From Kiritimatiellia bacterium (lineage in GTDB: Bacteria; Verrucomicrobiota; Kiritimatiellia; RFP12; UBA1067), in the NCBI GenBank assembly GCA_018399555.1, contig JAGYOL010000001.1:1-61739 (forward strand): a stretch of 61,739 bases of DNA, in the 5' to 3' direction. Positions 59,015-61,739 of this stretch are shown in pieces. Made by a program: the position numbers and the translations under genes. The notes beneath the pieces were generated by a model that had not been told where the DNA came from, did no database searches, and saw only the letters and a program-made list of their open reading frames with translations. The first letter of the stretch is position 1, and every line of letters starts with the position of its first letter.

Positions 59015-60883
59015 ATGGAAAACAGAAGAGTAATTATTTTTTTTATCACCGGCATCATCCTCTGTCTTATCATCCTTCTGGCGGGTCGGGAAAACCGTCG
59101 CTTTCTGGTGGCGCCGGATAAAACCTCAACCTATCTGGTCACAGAGGTGCTTGATGATGTCCGGTCGGTGGTTATTGAACACTCGGGGACACGCATCGAG
59201 GTTCAGCGCGAGGGCAGTCGCTGGCGAATGACTGCTCCCATAGAGGCGACCGTTGACAACAGCATGATGAAGCGTTTGATCAAAGAATTCGGCAGCGCAA
59301 CGATCAGCGACGCGCTGGACTTTGATGAAATTGACGGGCGCGGCTTATCGATCAACGATTACGGGCTTCATCCGGCTCGCAGTCGCGTCATATTTAGCCT
59401 AGCCAGGCACGAGTTGAGTTTTCTTTTCGGCAAAAAGACAGCGTCGGGCACAAATGTTTATCTGCGCAAGGATAATTTAAACAAGGTCCTGGTGGTATCG
59501 CGAACGCTCTATGACGCAATCCCGACGGGCGTGGACGAATTACGTTCACGCCGCCTGATTGAGTGTGACCGGAATCTGGTCAGCACTGTGACCGTCCGGC
59601 GTCCGGGTCACCCCTTCATAAAGTTGATCCTGAAAGAGGGCTCTTGGGTCATGGAGGAGCCGGTTTGCGCCAGGGCCTCACAGGAAAAGGTACATGATTT
59701 CATTGAAAAGCTCTCCGCCGCGCGTGTCACTGAGTTTATCTGGCCCTCGTTATCCAACGTAATGGATGTCGCTGAATATGAGCTGGCTTTAAAAACTCGC
59801 AAAGCTCTTTACGGTCTTGATGACGACACCGGCACCACCATAACCATTCAGACGCTTGACGGCAGTGGTGATGTCGCTCTGGTCATCGGTCGTGGGGTCG
59901 GTAACAATGGAGATGCGATCCATGTTCTGCTGGATAACGGGCGCGCCATCGGAAAAATCACCGGCAGCATCGCACATCTGATTGATGTAACTGCGGTCAG
60001 TTTCAGAAGTATGCGGATATTTGATGCGCTGCCCGCGCCTGTTAAACGTCTGGATATTGTTGTTGACACCGAGGCCTTCGTACTCAGCCACACCAATCAG
60101 CTCTGGCAGATAGATTCCCCTGTTTCAGAACCGGCTGACCAACAGTTTGTACAGCGTACGATCGACACTCTTCTTTCCATGAAGGCGGAGCAGATCAGAA
60201 GTCATGCGCATGAAGATGAAGCAAGTGCCCGGAAAGCGGATGCCGGTTACGTCGCGCTTTCTGTGGGGGATCAAACAATTGTCGCTTCAATTAAGAAAAC
60301 CGACTACCGGGGAGAGCTCTATGAATTTGAGTTTGCCGATAAACCGGAGGTTTATTATGTGGCCGAATCAAATATGCCGCCGGCACTGATCGACAGCGCG
60401 GCACTGCTTGATTTCCGAGACAAAACCATACTGGCAATTCCTGAACAGGCTGTTCAGCGCGTGACCCTCAGAAGATTTAACGAAACTTTTTTTACCGCTG
60501 AATTTATTGAAGACTCCGGTTCATGGCATCTTGGTGCCGGTGATTTTCAAGGCCGGGTCAATCAGCAGGCATTCAGTCGCCTTCTGGCATTGCTGACTGA
60601 CCTTAAAGCCGACCGGGTTGTAAAGGTGGGTTTTGAAACCCCTGATCTGGAGTATTACGGCTTCGCGACTCCATGGCTTGAGGTCACTCTGGATTTGAAT
60701 CTGGATGATGCGATCAGGCGCAGTCTGCTGGTCGGACGTTCAGACGGCAACAATCTACGCTATGTAATGGCACGCGGTGATCAAAGTATATTTCTGGTTG
60801 AAGAGCAGAAGCTGGCGCTGTTCACATCCAGTTTGACAGTTCAGGAGGGAGATCAACATGGCGAGGAAGCTGGTAGTTATTGA
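59015..60883 (+). CDS. DUF4340-like protein with N-terminal TM anchor
   Basis: Anchor VIIFFITGIILCLIILLAG. It contains repeated modules of the type ...V.I...G..I....EGSRWRMTAPIEATVDNSMMKRLI... It follows the GldG-like gene, as is usual for DUF4340. Confidence 0.6.
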   Translation: MENRRVIIFFITGIILCLIILLAGRENRRFLVAPDKTSTYLVTEVLDDVRSVVIEHSGTRIEVQREGSRWRMTAPIEATVDNSMMKRLIKEFGSATISDALDFDEIDGRGLSINDYGLHPARSRVIFSLARHELSFLFGKKTASGTNVYLRKDNLNKVLVVSRTLYDAIPTGVDELRSRRLIECDRNLVSTVTVRRPGHPFIKLILKEGSWVMEEPVCARASQEKVHDFIEKLSAARVTEFIWPSLSNVMDVAEYELALKTRKALYGLDDDTGTTITIQTLDGSGDVALVIGRGVGNNGDAIHVLLDNGRAIGKITGSIAHLIDVTAVSFRSMRIFDALPAPVKRLDIVVDTEAFVLSHTNQLWQIDSPVSEPADQQFVQRTIDTLLSMKAEQIRSHAHEDEASARKADAGYVALSVGDQTIVASIKKTDYRGELYEFEFADKPEVYYVAESNMPPALIDSAALLDFRDKTILAIPEQAVQRVTLRRFNETFFTAEFIEDSGSWHLGAGDFQGRVNQQAFSRLLALLTDLKADRVVKVGFETPDLEYYGFATPWLEVTLDLNLDDAIRRSLLVGRSDGNNLRYVMARGDQSIFLVEEQKLALFTSSLTVQEGDQHGEEAGSY

Positions 60884-61490
60884 ATTGGCGCTGGTCAGCT
60901 GTTCGCTGCTGAAAACACTCAGCGGCAAAGATGGGCAGAGTTCGCATCTGGCGCAGAGCGCCCTGATCTGGCCGCGGGCCGGTATCGCCTCACGGTTCAG
61001 TGCTTCGCGCATTGATCTTGACGCCGGAGGATGTGATCTCAGCACCGCCGCCTGGACGCGCAGAATTGTTTTTAAGGAGAGTGTGGAGTCCTTCTTCGGG
61101 CTGAAGGTTGACATCACCGAGGCTATAGGCGGCGAGGAGATTGAAGAATTTTTGAGGTTTATGGCTGGCACGGTGATAGGCATCGGCGCTGATGTGGTTG
61201 ATGATGTAGTTGCAGCCGGCAAGCTTGCGTCGGCACCGCTCGACTATCTCGCCGCTAAACTCAAAAAAATACCTGAACCTGATGTGATTGCATCCGGCAG
61301 CATCGATTTAAACTCCGAAGAGATTCCAGCCAATCACGGCAGGCTGCTTAAAGTGGAGCTGTTTTCACCGCACGAATTTGTGAAAACATCGCGCCGGACG
61401 GTGAACAGAAAAACGGTAACGCAACGCAGGGTGCTGATGAGTAAAGCAGAACCGAACGGAGAGGTCATTCTGAGCGCGCGACGTATCTGA
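60858..61490 (+). CDS. Hypothetical lipoprotein
   Basis: AGGAGGGA Shine-Dalgarno upstream of ATG 60858 and a candidate lipobox LVSC (MARKLVVIELALVSCSLL). It overlaps the DUF4340 gene by 26 nt. No family is recognised. Confidence 0.5.
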   Translation: MARKLVVIELALVSCSLLKTLSGKDGQSSHLAQSALIWPRAGIASRFSASRIDLDAGGCDLSTAAWTRRIVFKESVESFFGLKVDITEAIGGEEIEEFLRFMAGTVIGIGADVVDDVVAAGKLASAPLDYLAAKLKKIPEPDVIASGSIDLNSEEIPANHGRLLKVELFSPHEFVKTSRRTVNRKTVTQRRVLMSKAEPNGEVILSARRI

Positions 61491-61739
61491 GACTGAGAAG
61501 CGGAGCACTTATTTCAGGCCGGCGACCGCTTCAGCAATGTTCATTGCATGTGCTCTGATTTTACGGTACGCTCTCGCAGTGGGCTCATACCCTGCTTCAT
61601 CACCGAAAGCCCGAAAAAGATCATGCCGATACCCAGCATGAACATAGAGGAAAATTCAACAAAATGGCAATAAAAGTAGCGCAAGCATCCTGCCTACAAG
61701 CTTAAGATGCATAAAGTCGGAGCTTTTGAAAAAAGCCTG

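Noticed and set aside
61541-61645. Short minus-strand ORF MFMLGIGMIFFGLSVMKQGMSPL..., resembling the N-terminus of Na/Pi-cotransporter family proteins; possible gene remnant
   Set aside because: It is only ~35-50 codons, bounded by stops on both sides. The similarity is a hydrophobic helix pattern only, and I cannot support a pseudogene call without a search.

Overview
61.7-kb chromosomal segment of a diderm, LPS-making bacterium. The gene content resembles the PVC group (Kiritimatiellota / Lentisphaerota / Verrucomicrobiota): FGE-fold secreted proteins, a HEAT+DUF1080 protein beside a TAT-signal Gfo/Idh/MocA oxidoreductase, a GldG/DUF4340 ABC cluster, and a fused membrane/spermidine-synthase-like/TPR protein. 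IorAB plus a rubredoxin suggest an anaerobe. Taxonomy and lifestyle are inference only. I call 50 protein genes. Most are core housekeeping or envelope genes: prmA, serA, BamD-like/lptE-like/hflX/rsmI, rpmB, maf, htrA, lpxD-skp-bamA, hisH-hisF, ruvB, galE, family-4 UDG, trmB, iorAB, pgi, waaA, Nudix, folC and a phosphohexomutase. I recognised no rRNA, tRNA, CRISPR array, transposase, integrase or phage gene. All domain calls come from motif recognition by eye, not from searches. I did NOT find a clear self-contained new multi-gene system such as a defence island. The leads I rate highest are: (1) an AT-rich intergenic region at 18.47-18.71 kb with a DnaA-box cluster and two perfect palindromes, a candidate origin or DnaA/XRE-controlled switch; (2) a dense hairpin array at 40.4-40.6 kb with a 31-bp palindrome-containing tandem repeat (4.2 copies), plus a ~49-nt hairpin element present on both sides of trmB; (3) a visibly low-GC three-gene module at 35.7-40.1 kb (TAT-signal clan GH-A hydrolase, an internally duplicated 601-aa anchored protein, and a divergent XylR-like regulator); (4) a co-directional run at 54.2-61.5 kb ending in ABC ATPase / ABC-2 permease / GldG-like / DUF4340 / orphan lipoprotein; (5) a 52-aa rubredoxin gene missing from the ORF track at 35365-35523.
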